Shown piece after piece: positions 14,369 to 27,288 of a stretch of DNA of 64,000 nt. Positions within the stretch are counted from its first letter, which is position 1; each line of letters starts with the position of its first letter. Location: contig ADNK01000157.1 in the NCBI GenBank assembly GCA_000320545.1, positions 1-64,000 of the forward strand, given 5' to 3'. The stretch comes from Bigelowiella natans CCMP2755 (Eukaryota > Protista > Cercozoa). The position numbers and the translations under genes are program-made. Below the pieces are notes generated by a model. The model worked only from the letters and a program-made list of their open reading frames with translations. It was not told where the DNA came from and made no database searches.

Positions 14369-14717
14369 CTCTCTTCTATAAAAAATATACGTATACTCTT
14401 GAACAATTTTGAATCCCTCAATTGAAAGCTTTAAAGGTTCCTCATTGAGTTTAATCCATGTAGGATTGCTTGATGGATAAGCACTCTAAAGGAGTATGGC
14501 GCACCGAAAAATGCCTCAATAATGTCCAGAGAAAGAGACAGGTAGTACCAGGATGATTTCTCTGATATATTTTGAAAATAGGCTTCGTATAAATAAACCA
14601 AGTATGAATTGACATACGCTCTGCTGAAAAGGACTACTTGGATACTGGGTGTACCATCAATAAGGACCATGAACCGACAATGACCTCTCTTCTAGGACGA
14701 TGCAGGTGTTTACCATA

Positions 14718-14752
<35 letters not shown>

Positions 14753-14762
14753 GTACACATAA

Positions 14763-14796
<34 letters not shown>

Positions 14797-15257
14797 ATAT
14801 TGCATGTTTGTCCCTAAACCTTGTTTCAACCAAATAAACGGCTTAAATTGAGAGAGTTTTGCGAATGATTCAAAATAATACAGACAAGAGGGCCCGAACC
14901 ATCTGCATTACTGGGACCTCGGTTGCGATTATCCACACCAGGTACTACAACTCAGGGTTGTAGCAGCAATAATAATGAGCTAAAATTCATGCACGCAGCG
15001 CGCGCGTGCACACACGTACACGCACACGCACGCACAAGCAACAATATGATGGTGATGCGATTCCGCTAATAACGTGAGTCCTGGACTTGAGAACTAGCCC
15101 AACGCGTATATTGTCTTCCCTGTGCACGAGCAATTTCAAAGGATGGATACTTGTTTTGCAGGAGTATGTGTCTCCTGACAGTTGGGATCTGGTGTACCAT
15201 GGGGACATGGTGGATTGTGTTACACACCCACATCGGGAGAAAACCTGTTTACAATAG
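11103..15257 (+). CDS. Secreted protein with a LamG-like (concanavalin A-like lectin/glucanase, Laminin_G_3 type) domain and an uncharacterised C-terminal region
   Basis: Signal peptide MVALLLALALPAVLVPTARAQ (11121-11184). Domain exons read GLHFDGVDDYVDL..SFAAWIKF..FRIFDFGTNG (11674-11862), HVAVTISAS|GVTKLYLNGTLV..NHYLG|..YFNGTMRSFSVYHRELSASE. Further exons reach ..THPHREKTCLQ-TAG at 15257; the 3' exon chain is less certain. Confidence 0.8.
13626..14670 (-). CDS. Possible small antisense gene nested in the 13562-14695 intron of the LamG gene
   Basis: Largely non-repetitive intron interior with AG/GT-bounded minus-strand segments: SAYPSSNPTWIKLNEEPLKLSIEGFKIVQ (~14486-14397), DWKKQKITQMTIGAIQISFRERK (~14120-14030) and a terminal LSISIRRHENHEFVRDSGDHEDDDDGDIDYVKVDF..YLLPA-TAA (13626). 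A complete exon chain was not resolved. Confidence 0.3.
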
Positions 15258-15469
15258 AAATGTTATTTGTGAGCACATGCAGTATGGGGATAGAGTAGAT
15301 TGCGCCAAACAATATAGCACGTATGCTCTCATTACGAAAATGTACATAACAAACTATTTTTTTGCCAGTATTTTGTTTGCATGCATTTGTCTGTGCTACC
15401 CAGACTCTTATAATAACACGTGCAACATTAACATGAACTGTGTCCACAGTTATATTGTTTCGCACCGCT

Positions 15470-15960
15470 GCATGCATTGTACCGCTAGCTCAGAGCTGAC
15501 GAAGCGACTCGTGCATGCTAGCATGATCCAATTGCATGACAGAAAGTTATTGATGGCAATCCAAATGTAACCTATAGCTACTCCATACGATACATGCTGG
15601 CATGCTTATTGGACGTCATGCCGTTTGAAGAATTCAGTTATTAGCGAATTTGTTGCCTCGCTGTCATTAGTGCTGACATGTGAACTGCATGCATGTCACC
15701 ATGCTAGTACACATGCACGCGCAAGCTGCCTGCAGCACATCTAGACAGCACCTGTGTGCAATGTGTAACAGGTCTGCGCGGACAACTGGCGGATCAGGCT
15801 TGTACGTGCGATGCATTTTCCAGATTTCATTGGCCACATCTAGCAGCTAGCTAGCTAGCTAGACATGTTATGGACGACACGATACGAAACGAAAATTGCC
15901 TTCGTAGCAAGAGGTGCTGCTGAGCTAACTAGATATGATTGTTATCTAGTAGTGCGCACT
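15470..15960. repeat. Convergent-junction palindrome-rich tract J2
   Basis: CATGCTAGCATG at 15514-15525 and (CTAG)n at ~15848-15862, between stops 15257(+) and 16285(-). Confidence 0.75.
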
Positions 15961-16284
15961 TGTCAATTTGTTAGCGATGTGCATAAGGAAATGCTGTATG
16001 CTTGCTTACGTACAATTCATGTGGTGAGGAAGGTCTTTGCTTGCTTACGACATAAATAGATAAGTTGAGGTGGCGGATACGAATATCCTGCTGATGCATG
16101 ATTTTAAAAAATAAACACCGGCGAAATTCAGGCGGTAACAAGTTATCGCTTATTAATCTAACTAGTTTCGGGATATCCCTAATATACGAAGTTGATGAAG
16201 GAATTGACAACGAATACATTGATGCGCATATGTTTACACCTCATTTCGTCCGCTAAAGTAGCTACTTCTTCGAAAGCAGGAACA

Positions 16285-17829
16285 CTAGTGACGGTCTACA
16301 ATCGCCCTGTTTACATGGGCTACGACATTCTGAACCACCCAGTTGCCAACCACCCAGTTCCCATTATTATTGTCCTTCTTCTGCTTACATGAATCCCCTT
16401 GTGTACAAACGGCGATGACAATTATGACCGTGAGAATCACGAGGATGAACAGGGTGAGCAGGATCGTCATCTGAAAGAATCAATTTGTCGTATTAGTTGT
16501 GAATGAAAAACCTGGCAGCCAATGAATGATATATCTACCTTAAGATTCTTGCAGCACATCATACGCTTCAGGGCAGAAGATGTTTGGTTAAATCTTTGGG
16601 CGCCATCCATTAAGTCACCTGTGGCATTGTGTGTGATAAGAGGATAGAGTGAGAATTTGGTTGGTATGGACAAAAATTAAAGTTTGAAAAAAGTTGCTGA
16701 ACTTACGAGTGCCCACTTCGATATCCTCCAAGTTGTCTCCACGCTCCATGGTGGCAAGAAGGTTTGTCTTCATCTGTTCTTTTACTGCTCCTAGCTGTAT
16801 AGAACCCACACTAAATGTCACGCCAAACTGGTGCAGCTGCTGCTGAAACATTGAAACGAACCTGTCCTTGCAACCGCTCCATCTTATCCGTACCGTGTCT
16901 GGGAACACATCAGAGAGCATGAGACCTTTGCAATCTGTTAGCGAAGGGCAAACACTCACTCCTTTATTGCAGCCAGGAACAACTTCTTGCTAGATTTACT
17001 TAGAGATCCATCTCGAGCAAGGATAATTTTTCTAATTTTATGTTCATAAATGTGACGAGACAGAACGCGACTGACGTCACTTCGTTGTTACCTGGGCTTG
17101 TGTGCTTCCTTGAATTCTATCGTAATGTTTTTGCATAGACTTGCACATTTATTCTTCGGCATTGAACGGTCAATTACTCCTACGGTTTGGGATATGTTAA
17201 GAAACTAAACAAATTCTCGATTCTAACCCATTACCTACAACTGCGAGCCGCATATCGTAGCCTGCCTCAGGGCGGGGCAACTTCACCTAAACCACGTTCG
17301 ATCTTACTATTTATGATTTACTAGGTTGCATTTCAACCACAAACCAGAAAATCGTAGGATTCTTTTGACGCTGGAATTCGCAATAATTTTCTGACGGGTG
17401 TGCAGGCAGTCTCAGATTGGTGAATCTAAAAGATAGACGGTTCGAGGAATGTTTTCATACCCTTCCTTTAGTTTGGAGTCCTGACTAAGTATCTTGTTTA
17501 GATACCTCACGTACTAAAATTTTGAGATTGTTATATTTGCGAATTATTGATGGTCGGGAAAAGTCATAACCAACCTCGCTTTCAAAATCATCCTGGCAGT
17601 AGGATGCCATGATGCAGTGGTCTGCGCCTGGGTTCAGGTTGGATATGGATATGTCAGTCTCAGTAAGGCAACATAGAAGGAACAGAAGTCTTTCCAACCT
17701 GAATCTAGCCGCGCCACTCCCACATACTTAATCAGCTGAAAGAAGTCACATTAAGCCACAAGACCCACACGTCAAAATAAAAAAGGAAGTCATGCAAGAT
17801 TGCAGAAATTTATATGCGTTGCACGACAT
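16285..17829 (-). CDS. VAMP7: Longin-type R-SNARE (VAMP7/synaptobrevin-like); start approximate
   Basis: SNARE motif LGAVKEQMKTNLLATMERGDNLEDIE|NATGDLMDGAQRFNQTSSALKRMMCCKNLK with a zero-layer Arg, followed by TM MTILLTLFILVILTVIIVIAVC. Upstream exons (GVIDRSMPKNKCASLCKNITIEFK, LARDGSLSKSSKKLFLAAIKE) are longin-like. Stop TAG at 16285. Confidence 0.85.
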
Positions 17830-18423
17830 TTTTGCCGTCTCCCATTCTAGGTGGTTGCTTTTCGTCTCTTCAAATAGCTCCTTGTTCGTTCGTTCGTTCG
17901 TTCTTCTTCCTCTGCCTTGAGCTGCTCCTCCCCTTTTGTTGAACACACTGGTCCTTTCCCACAAAGAAGCTGGAAGAAGAAGAATAAATAATGAAGGAAA
18001 GATCTCGGATAAAGGTCTTAAAAGTATCCACTAATCCCGTTCGGGGATCCCCGGTATATGAGACGAAAAGAAGTAAACGTCAAGATCTTCTTGACGTAGA
18101 GCCAAATCTCGAGGGGACTACCCACCTAATTTAGGCTGCGACTAGCGTGATTATCTATTTTTGGCGCCAAGGGAGAACAAAGCGATCAGTGCAAGAGCCG
18201 AGTTAATAACTTTTATGGTAAACTGAATAAATCGTCTCACGGACTTTGCCAAATCCCCGGAGTGAATACGACGTCAGACCTTTTCCAAAATTCCGTCGAC
18301 CCAATTACCGTACCTTTCTGCAAAAACAGGACCCAAAATGATGACGCTAATACAATTCGTACAGCATTTTCCTGATATTACAAGAGAGGCCCAAGAGAAT
18401 TATAATTGGACCAAGAAGAAACA

Positions 18424-19142
<719 letters not shown>

Positions 19143-19319
19143 TTTACATTTTTGCTTCGGTGCGAAGACGGCGAAGGCGAAGACACACTTAATTATCCTG
19201 GAAGTTAAAATTGTACGGTATACCGATTTCAACTAGAGGTTCTTAAGTGTCGCCCCCCTCTTACATGTAAACGGCCCATTAAGAATTCTAATTCAAAAAC
19301 GTAACTAATCAGTAAGTAG

Positions 19320-20260
19320 ATATGCTCGGCATGGTATGCAAGTTGTTGCCACTTGTGCTTAGCAATTCAAACATGTTGGAGCATGTAGCATTACCTGGAT
19401 TACCATCCATGCACATGTTTGAAAATGGCACATTCATTTGCATCATACAGATGTCGTCTGCCATGCATTGGCAGCTAGCATCATTACGCCCTTCCAGCGT
19501 GCCGGCGTATAATGGGCGTGTATGGCACGCCGTAACAATGATGACACATTATGCGCAGTAGTTCTTTGTGTTGCCGCATGCTAGCATGGTCTCATTGCGC
19601 GTGTGCATCGATGCCATTCTAGAATATCATTGTGCGTACCGTTGCACACTCTAGCTCAGCTCTTGCAAATAATCGCTGATGCTATGCATGCAAAACTAGC
19701 ATATAAGCAGCTAAGACTACTTTTTTTGCGCGTGCTCCACCATGGATGCGAAGTTCCAGAAGTTGCGCTAGCTACACTACTTGAGCTAGTACACAGATTC
19801 AAATCTAGAAATGCGCGATGCATGCGCATGCATGGATGGACTGTGCTACGTAGTGCCATCTGCTAGCCACATACATAGCATGCTAGCCGCGCACCATGGC
19901 GTGGCTCTTGCACAGCATGCTAGCATGCGCGTGAGGCAATAGCTAGCTAGCTATGAGGATGAGACACAATGGCGCATGCGCAGAGGCCTAGAGACGTGTG
20001 TGCGCTCCGTGGCTACTGTCTGCTCAAGTCGAACACGCACGTGCTACGCTAGCTAGCTAGTGCGATTTAGACAAGCAAGCAGGCACCCAGAGATCGAATA
20101 GTGCGCATGCATACATGCATGCATGAAACATGTCATAGTGGAAACCAACAGATTCAACGTTAGCGCTGTAGCCGCTGCATTGCATAGTTACATAAGGATG
20201 ACCATTGAACAAATATAATTGATTAATTACATCCGTCTTACGCATGCATGCATGAGGTAT
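19320..20260. repeat. Convergent-junction palindrome-rich tract J3
   Basis: CATGCTAGCATG at 19577-19588 and 19916-19927, (TAGC)n at ~19940-19953 and ~20048-20060, and (CATG)n runs, between stops 19142(+) and 20357(-). Confidence 0.8.
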
Positions 20261-20356
20261 CTAGGTATGTGAACACCAACGCACCTCTACCACTTGTGAT
20301 GGCAAGCGTTGTGCTACGCTCGACTTTAACTAAGTTCATTTTGATAACCCATTATG

Positions 20357-20681
20357 CTAGCCATCTTGGAATGGATTTAACTTCTTGATATTTGCAGGAA
20401 ATAGGCTGATATTTATTTGGGTGGCTATTTGGCTCTTGCTGAGATATTCAAAAAGATTTTCTGTGAATTGATTTTCCAATCCATGCTCCACCTCTGTGCA
20501 AGCACCTGTCAAGAAATAGAAGACAATATTATCATTGATATATGATAAAAGAAGAATAGAATACCTCGTAACCAGAAGGCGAACGAGCACACACCCCACA
20601 CACGTACACAAGCATACATACGACTGTACATGTATTCATTTGTATATTTGTACACACACATACGTATACACACACACACAA

Positions 20682-20748
<67 letters not shown>

Positions 20749-21595
20749 GTATAAGAATGCACGCCATGGCACCTCGAAATGGAAATTCCTTGCGGGAAGT
20801 ACTGCTTAAGATACTGGGTGCATTGGCATCCTGAATGTACTTGGTAATGAAAATGCTCCTTTCGTATCCTCCATCCCTCAATTTAACTTTCCTCTCTCCT
20901 TTCCATGTCCTCTTGTTTCTCTTGTTATCATACTTCAGCGCAATTTTGAAATACGCCTTCGCCATACTCGTGTGTATGACTGCAAATTGATGGTCTAGAA
21001 CAACGCAACTGATCGTACCCTCGCTGATATCATTCCAAGAAGAATCGCCACCCGACGGTCGAATAGGTAACGATGACGAGGCCAATTTCTCTTTTCCCCA
21101 CGGATCATAGCGACTCTGTTCGCTAATGTCTTTCCACCCACCATCGATCTCATCAAAACATTTCGTGCGAATACTGCTACTATTACTATCCTCCCAACAG
21201 TTCCTGTTCGAGAAGTAGAGCGGGCCTAGAATATTTGAAGGAGAAGGCTTGAACACTCGTGCCATATGCAGTCTTGTGTACATTACAGCTACTTGCTCGC
21301 CTTTGAAAGCACACATTATAGAGAATGCACTCATGACACACTTACCCCGAAAGATATGTGCTTTTGTACCGTTTCTATCGTCCTTTCTACCATGTCGTTG
21401 TCGAAGAGGCAATTTTAATGGGACGGGGAAGTTATGCGACGGCTCTAGTCGCACAAACCACTCAAAATGAATTGAGTGAGCAATTTCGTACGCCAGAGTT
21501 TGCAGGTAGCAGAATCTAAGTAGCGATTAGTGATGGCATCAACATACACGTCATATTACAAATGCATCTTCACACACACACACACACATTTTATC

Positions 21596-21638
<43 letters not shown>

Positions 21639-22910
21639 GAGTGTGTATTAAAGTGAATTATACTGTGCTTAAATTCGTGCGAATGTATGCGACATAGGTA
21701 CATACATTAAATAAATTCAAGCATTATGTTTGTAATAATATGCTATAATTTACACATTACAATTTATATACGATTGCGATTCCACGAAGGGCTTAGGCTA
21801 TCCTCTGTGTTATCTTAAATCGCAGTATATTCGCATTTTAATTGCACGAAATACCTAGCTCTTTCCCGTTCGTTCTCAAAATCACCATACTTGTTGTCAC
21901 CATTGAAATATAGTACCTGCAACCTTGACGGTGTACATGCAACACACATAAATAGAGAGACAGACAAACAGATAGAAAGCTGGTAAATTGATAAATGTTT
22001 TTCTTTAGCAGCATACCCTGGAAACATTGCTTGAAACATAGAAGCATCCAGAGAGCTGTAAATAAAACGATCGTTTCAAAGTAGAATCAAAGTCTTGAAC
22101 CGTCGTGCTCATACTGGCGTAAATCAAGTGCTGTGCTAATTATCGGACGGATTCACACTCAATTCAAGTTGCATGCACTGACCCATGTCTTCCCGGTGAA
22201 ATAAACTCCATGCAGAGAAAAATGATGACGTGAGAGTTGGGAAGATCGTCTTGCAGTGGCTTGATGAGATTTTCGCGAATTCCTTCATGCACCGACGGAT
22301 TTAAAAGATGGAGACCTAAATTATCATGATCGTTAGATATCGTCGGCAAGTGATGCTACAGTTTTGCACATCATCTTTCTTTCATACCCTTATTCATTCA
22401 TAAGAATCCATGGAATGTACAATTTATGCCACCTTGGGAGCCAGAGACAATGAAAGCTATTCGAAATCGAGGTAGTGAGGAAACAGAATTGTTCGAAGGT
22501 GTAGGTAAGGGTATCGACTCCGAAATGTCTAAAAGCGTTGAAGATATCTCGGATCTGCGAATACATGACCACAGCCGAATCAGATGAAATTTCCTTTGAG
22601 GATTTCCTCAGTACCTGTCCACCAATACCCTTTGCAAAAAGAATGCAATGCACCCAATCGTGAACATCGCCAACACCAGGGCCAATCCTTCATTTGAAAT
22701 TCAAATATCATGATATTTCATAAGGAGCAATGTAATGTGAGTATCAATAACTAAACCTATCTTCGGAAGAATGGATTTCCTTGCATGAATCAGAAATCGC
22801 CTGAAATGCACTTTGAATCTGGAAATTATAGCAGGCGACACAGCATCTGGCTGTCGAGAGCCACGAGTTGCTTCGGCGTCGTACTTCCGTCGTCTGAATT
22901 CATGATCCAT
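20357..22910 (-). CDS. Type II membrane glycosyltransferase-like protein (RIAxxxSG..R / YDxxVRxRPD type family)
   Basis: Cytosolic N-terminus MDHEFRRRK.., TM GLALVLAMFTIGCIAFFLQ and a Ser/Pro stem. Then RFRIAFIVSGSQ|GLHLLNPSVHEGIRENLIKPL..VIIFLCME and FCYLQTLAYEIAHSIHFEWFVRLEPSHNF. Ends ..NPFQDG-TAG at 20357. Confidence 0.6.
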
Positions 22911-23599
22911 CGCATTCTGGTTCGTACTCTGGTTTTGCGGGCTCAAGTAGGGGGCACAAAATTAATGCTTGAGATATTGTTCAAGTGGCTGAACTACGAG
23001 GAAATCGAGAAGAGAGCTCCGTCCTCACTGGTAACGTGCTCGGGTGACAGAAAGTACGACTGATGATGTGAGGAGCAACCAACGCCGACAACGTCGACCT
23101 GTGCCGATAAAATCTCGAGAGATCGTTCCAAGGTCCAGCAAGTCTCTCGTGGATCACAGGAGTTGAAACACGAACTTCGTGGTGACGGCGCCAGATACGA
23201 ACAACAACGTAGCCAATTTGCCTTTATTTCGAAGAAAACGGATAATTCTTAAGCATGAAACGGCGGAATGTAGGATTTATTTTGGTAGATTCGCGTAAAT
23301 TACTTCGATATTAGCTTCGGTACTCCCATACAGCATGTTCATGGAATTCGTCAGAAATATAAATCGGCAATCAGCCATTTTCACGTAAATCGGCCTTCTC
23401 ATGGAGTAAGTCAAAGAAAATGTCCAGTGTTATCTCCAAATTGATGGCAAAGGAGATCAGTCAACCCAAAAAAATCGTAAAGACCTTATGACAGGAAAAT
23501 GGACGATAAAATATACGAACGACAATGAATATTTCACATTCTCCAGCTGTGGTATAATCCACCTCCTCAGATCCAATCGACACATATAGAAGGGAGACC

Positions 23600-25942
23600 A
23601 TGCTGTCCCTACTCCTCCTATCCCTGTTCGCTTCACGCCAATCACATGCTCTCCAAGACTCTCGATCACAATCTTTAGAGGAGGGTTCAAGTCATGCCAA
23701 TATGTCTCACACGGTATAATTTCCCTGAGTCTTACATTCGTCTGTGTCGATATTAAAGAAGTACTTTTTCCTTAGATCGATCTTCATTTCCCCGTATTCA
23801 ACGGTGAGGATTTCGAGAACACTATGGATGTGTACGTCATTGCAACGAAAGAACAACAACCTCGTGTGCAGGAACAGCTCAAAGAAATGGGACTCCTTGA
23901 TTACTCTGAGATTGTCGACCACGTATCCGCTGACAAGATTGAAGCCTATGAGGTGATAATGAGCCTGGATTTTGTGTGTGAGGGGGTTCGTTGTGTACCC
24001 AAAAGTTAGTAGCTGACGAAAGTATTGTACAATATTTATACAGAGGCATCCTGACTGCAAGCTAAGCTCCACTGACTTGGCACGATCGGTGTCACACAGC
24101 CGAGCTTACAGAAACTACCTCGACACTAGTCCAAATAAGTTCGCCCTTTTCTTAGAAGGGGATTTCGTTACTTCAAGCAATATCAAAGGTAGTATTGTTT
24201 TTTAGTATAAGCTAATATGCTGTGTCCCTGCACCATGAATGGCCTCCTCTGAATACACTGATACTGCTCAGACAAATCCAAGATGCCTCAGCTCCTCATG
24301 GCGATGATTAAGGACCAGGGAAACTCAAAATGGGACATTCTCAATCTTGGCCGCTGCTCAGACTGTTGCTCTACAGATTGCCAGAATGCATTGAGCAACG
24401 TTCACGGGTTTACAACCGTGCAGTCTAAATCTGCCTCGTGCGGTGTTGGCTACTTGGTGACCAGGAGAGGAGCGAAGGCTCTCCGTCTGGGCTCCTACCC
24501 AGTGGATACAAAAGCTGATGCTAACATGATCCGAGTTGGAAAATGGGGCACTGCCGAATACTTGGCAGTCACGCCTAAGGTCTTCGAACAGGAGTCTAGT
24601 TCCAAAGGAGAATGTGCCTCTGAAGGCTCATGCAACAAGCATTGCGATTCTGGAGTCCACTCCTTCTCGGTTGATGTTACCTCGAACCCTAGATTTTATC
24701 CCACCAAACTGCCTCAAGGTAAGGAATTCACTGAAGACCAGCGAAAGTCTTTCTTTGGACACATGGACTTCCTCACTTCTCCCCAGTGCAACCTAGGCAG
24801 GAAGATGAAGTTGCAGGTGGTAGAATGGGGTTTCGGAGCGACGATTAACAGCATTATCAAGCCCATCATGCACGCGCTGAGGTTCGGCTACTGCATCGAG
24901 AATCCATCAGGATACGTCAAATACCCTTGCCCCAACGGAGTGTGGAACGATGTTTTCTTGCCCACATCGGCTGACAACAAGGTATTTTCACTTGATATGT
25001 GCAAGAGTGTGTATGTGTTTGTGTGCGTGTGTGTGTGTGGTAGCGAGTCCTCTTGCTAAGAAAGTAGATTTCTAAATACATTTGCTGTATTCGAAATAGG
25101 AATCATCTGCAGCTCCAGACCTTCACAGTTTCTACGGCGGGAAAAGCGGGGCTGGGAAGAACTACAACGCCACTTTCGACGAGGTATGCGGAAAAGCGTT
25201 CAACAATCAGAGTCTCAAAAACTGGGAGAACAAGATCTGGAACGAATGTGGGCAGAGCTATTCCTTCATGAGGCACGGCGATAACGTCCTTCCACAGCAA
25301 GGAAAGAACCTCGGATTCTTCCCAACAGTCTCCCTCATCATTGAGTACTTGACCCGACCAAACCCCTCCTTTGCAAAGAGCTTGGAGAAGGCGAAGAAAG
25401 AAGCTAACTGGCCTGCTGATGGGGTGCCCGTGATCGCTCTGCACTACCGCGCAGGCGATTCATGCCTTGAGTACGTCGATGCTCTGGGACGCAAGTGCGA
25501 CAAGTTCTCGGTCTACATGGCGCACGTTAACCTGATGGCGCAGAAGTACAACATCTCGCACGTGTACCTTGCGACCGATAGCGATAGCGTCATCAAGGAA
25601 GAGCTCAAGAACTACCCCAACTACACGTGGCACTACATTCAAGATATGGACCGCGGCGGAGTCAGGAACAACATGACCGTGGACGACCTTCTCCTCAAGC
25701 ATAAGCTCGATGGTTGCGGGGAAGCGCAACAGAGCATGATAGACATTCATCTGTTAGCCCAGGCTGACGCCTACGTCGGCAAGTTCAGCAGCAACATCGA
25801 CCGCGTAGCATACAACTTGATGTACGCTAGAAAACAGACTCACCAGCCCTACACGTCCCTTGACAACAACTGGTGCTTTGATTTCGGGGTGAGAAGTCGT
25901 CTCGACACCCTAACTAGCGAAGAGGATTTCGTTTATTGCTGA
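23600..25942 (+). CDS. Secretory-pathway glycosyltransferase fusion: GT25-like domain + alpha-1,6-fucosyltransferase-like (GT23/FUT8-NodZ) domain
   Basis: Signal peptide MLSLLLLSLFASRQSHA. GT25-like motifs VYVIAT..RVQEQLKEMG, LSSTDLARSVSHSRAY..FALFLEGD, WDILNLGRC and GYLVTRRGAKAL..PVD. GT23 motifs WGFGATIN, IALHYRAGD, VYLATDS and IDIHLLAQADAYVGKFSSNIDRVAY. Intron 24982-25099 preserves frame; stop TGA at 25942. Confidence 0.85.
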
Positions 25943-26189
25943 TCCATGATCAGCGGACAGGAGGCTTGATAGGTGTCCGATTTAATGAGTGTGAAATTAG
26001 GGAAATAAATTTTAAGGATAAGGTGTTGCAGTGGTAGTGCTGCAATATCCATTTCATTAAGAAATGACAGCGTGCTATGGATCCCATTTAATTTACGGCA
26101 GCAACTGTGTGTTTGTAGCATGGCACCCAATGTATTAAAAAAAATTATTAAGCTGTCTTAATACTAAGTCAACAACTTTCATCTGCACT

Positions 26190-27260
26190 AAACACATGTA
26201 AAATGCATCTACGTGGGAACGCTCGAGCAGATCTGGCAATTAAGTACGGGCGCCTGCATTCCTATGCTAGTTTGGTTTGCCTGCCCTAGTCTGCTAGCTA
26301 GGTCGTGTGCGATGTGCGATGTGTAGTTACCAAATTAACTAATAACATAACCGTTAGTGGCGAGTGTAGCGGGGCAAAATCCGCCTTTGTCGTTTGTCCC
26401 CGACATGTGACCGCTCGATCATGCTCTTAGTGTTTCATTGTGCTGTAGCATATCATGTTGTGTCATCACATTTCATTGTCACATGCTGTTCTAGCATTGC
26501 ATCATGTCGATCACATCATGCATGATATGCTTGTCAAACTGTGCCCCGTGAAGCTTGCTGCTGGCTCATTGCTGCAAGCTGCTGCGCACCTGTCGGGCAT
26601 TGACAGTTACAGAATGCTTGCACTTTCTAGTAGCTACCTTTGCAAGCTAGCAAAGGATCAAAGGATTATGCATGTGCATGTGATCACACATGTGCACACA
26701 ATGACATGTAATGCATGTACGTGCGTGCATGTGCAAAAATTTGTTTTTAAACTGCAATTTTGACCTTTCTAGCCTTGCATGCTAGCATGCTAGCTAGCTA
26801 GAGCTAGCTAGCAAGGGGGTTCTCAAAAAACAAACTTTTTTGCACATGTGTGATCGACATGTATACGTTGTGTTTTGTGTTTGCAAGTCCTTTGTGCACA
26901 CATACGATGTCCCCCTACTGCCTACCTCAAAAAGAACCCCCTGATGAAGTGTGAGTGCAATGACATGACAATGATGTGAAATGAAAAATTTTCAAATGTC
27001 GAAAAATCAAAGATGCTTTGACATTTGAAAATGATGCAGATTTTTTTTTGTGCACACATGCAAAGCGTAGCGCACGTAGCCAGGACTTACAAGCGGCGTG
27101 CATGCACGTGTAGCTGTAAGCATAGCATCTCATGCAACAAGAATGTGTCTCTAGGTGCCTAATGTACTGTTTTCAACGTTAACGTTACTAGTCATACATC
27201 GATGCATACTCGCAAATATAGTATGACAGTTCGATTAAAGCGCGCATGTAGTCCCATGCA
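26190..27260. repeat. Convergent-junction palindrome-rich tract J4 with inverted repeats
   Basis: GCATGCTAGCATGC at 26777-26790 followed by (TAGC)n to ~26812. Inverted arms at 26728-26748/26826-26848 and a 12-bp stem at 26989-27000/27020-27031. Lies between stops 25942(+) and 27289(-). Confidence 0.8.
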
Positions 27261-27288
27261 CACACTTGTACTAATTTTACTTTATTCT

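Noticed and set aside
15151-15570. 139-aa plus-strand ORF as a separate gene
   Set aside because: It overlaps the last LamG exon in another frame and runs into the J2 tract, so it is probably 3' UTR.
26190-27260. Autonomous transposon at J4
   Set aside because: No transposase, reverse transcriptase or helicase coding remnants were recognised and no clear target-site duplication was seen. It is kept only as a possible foldback relic.
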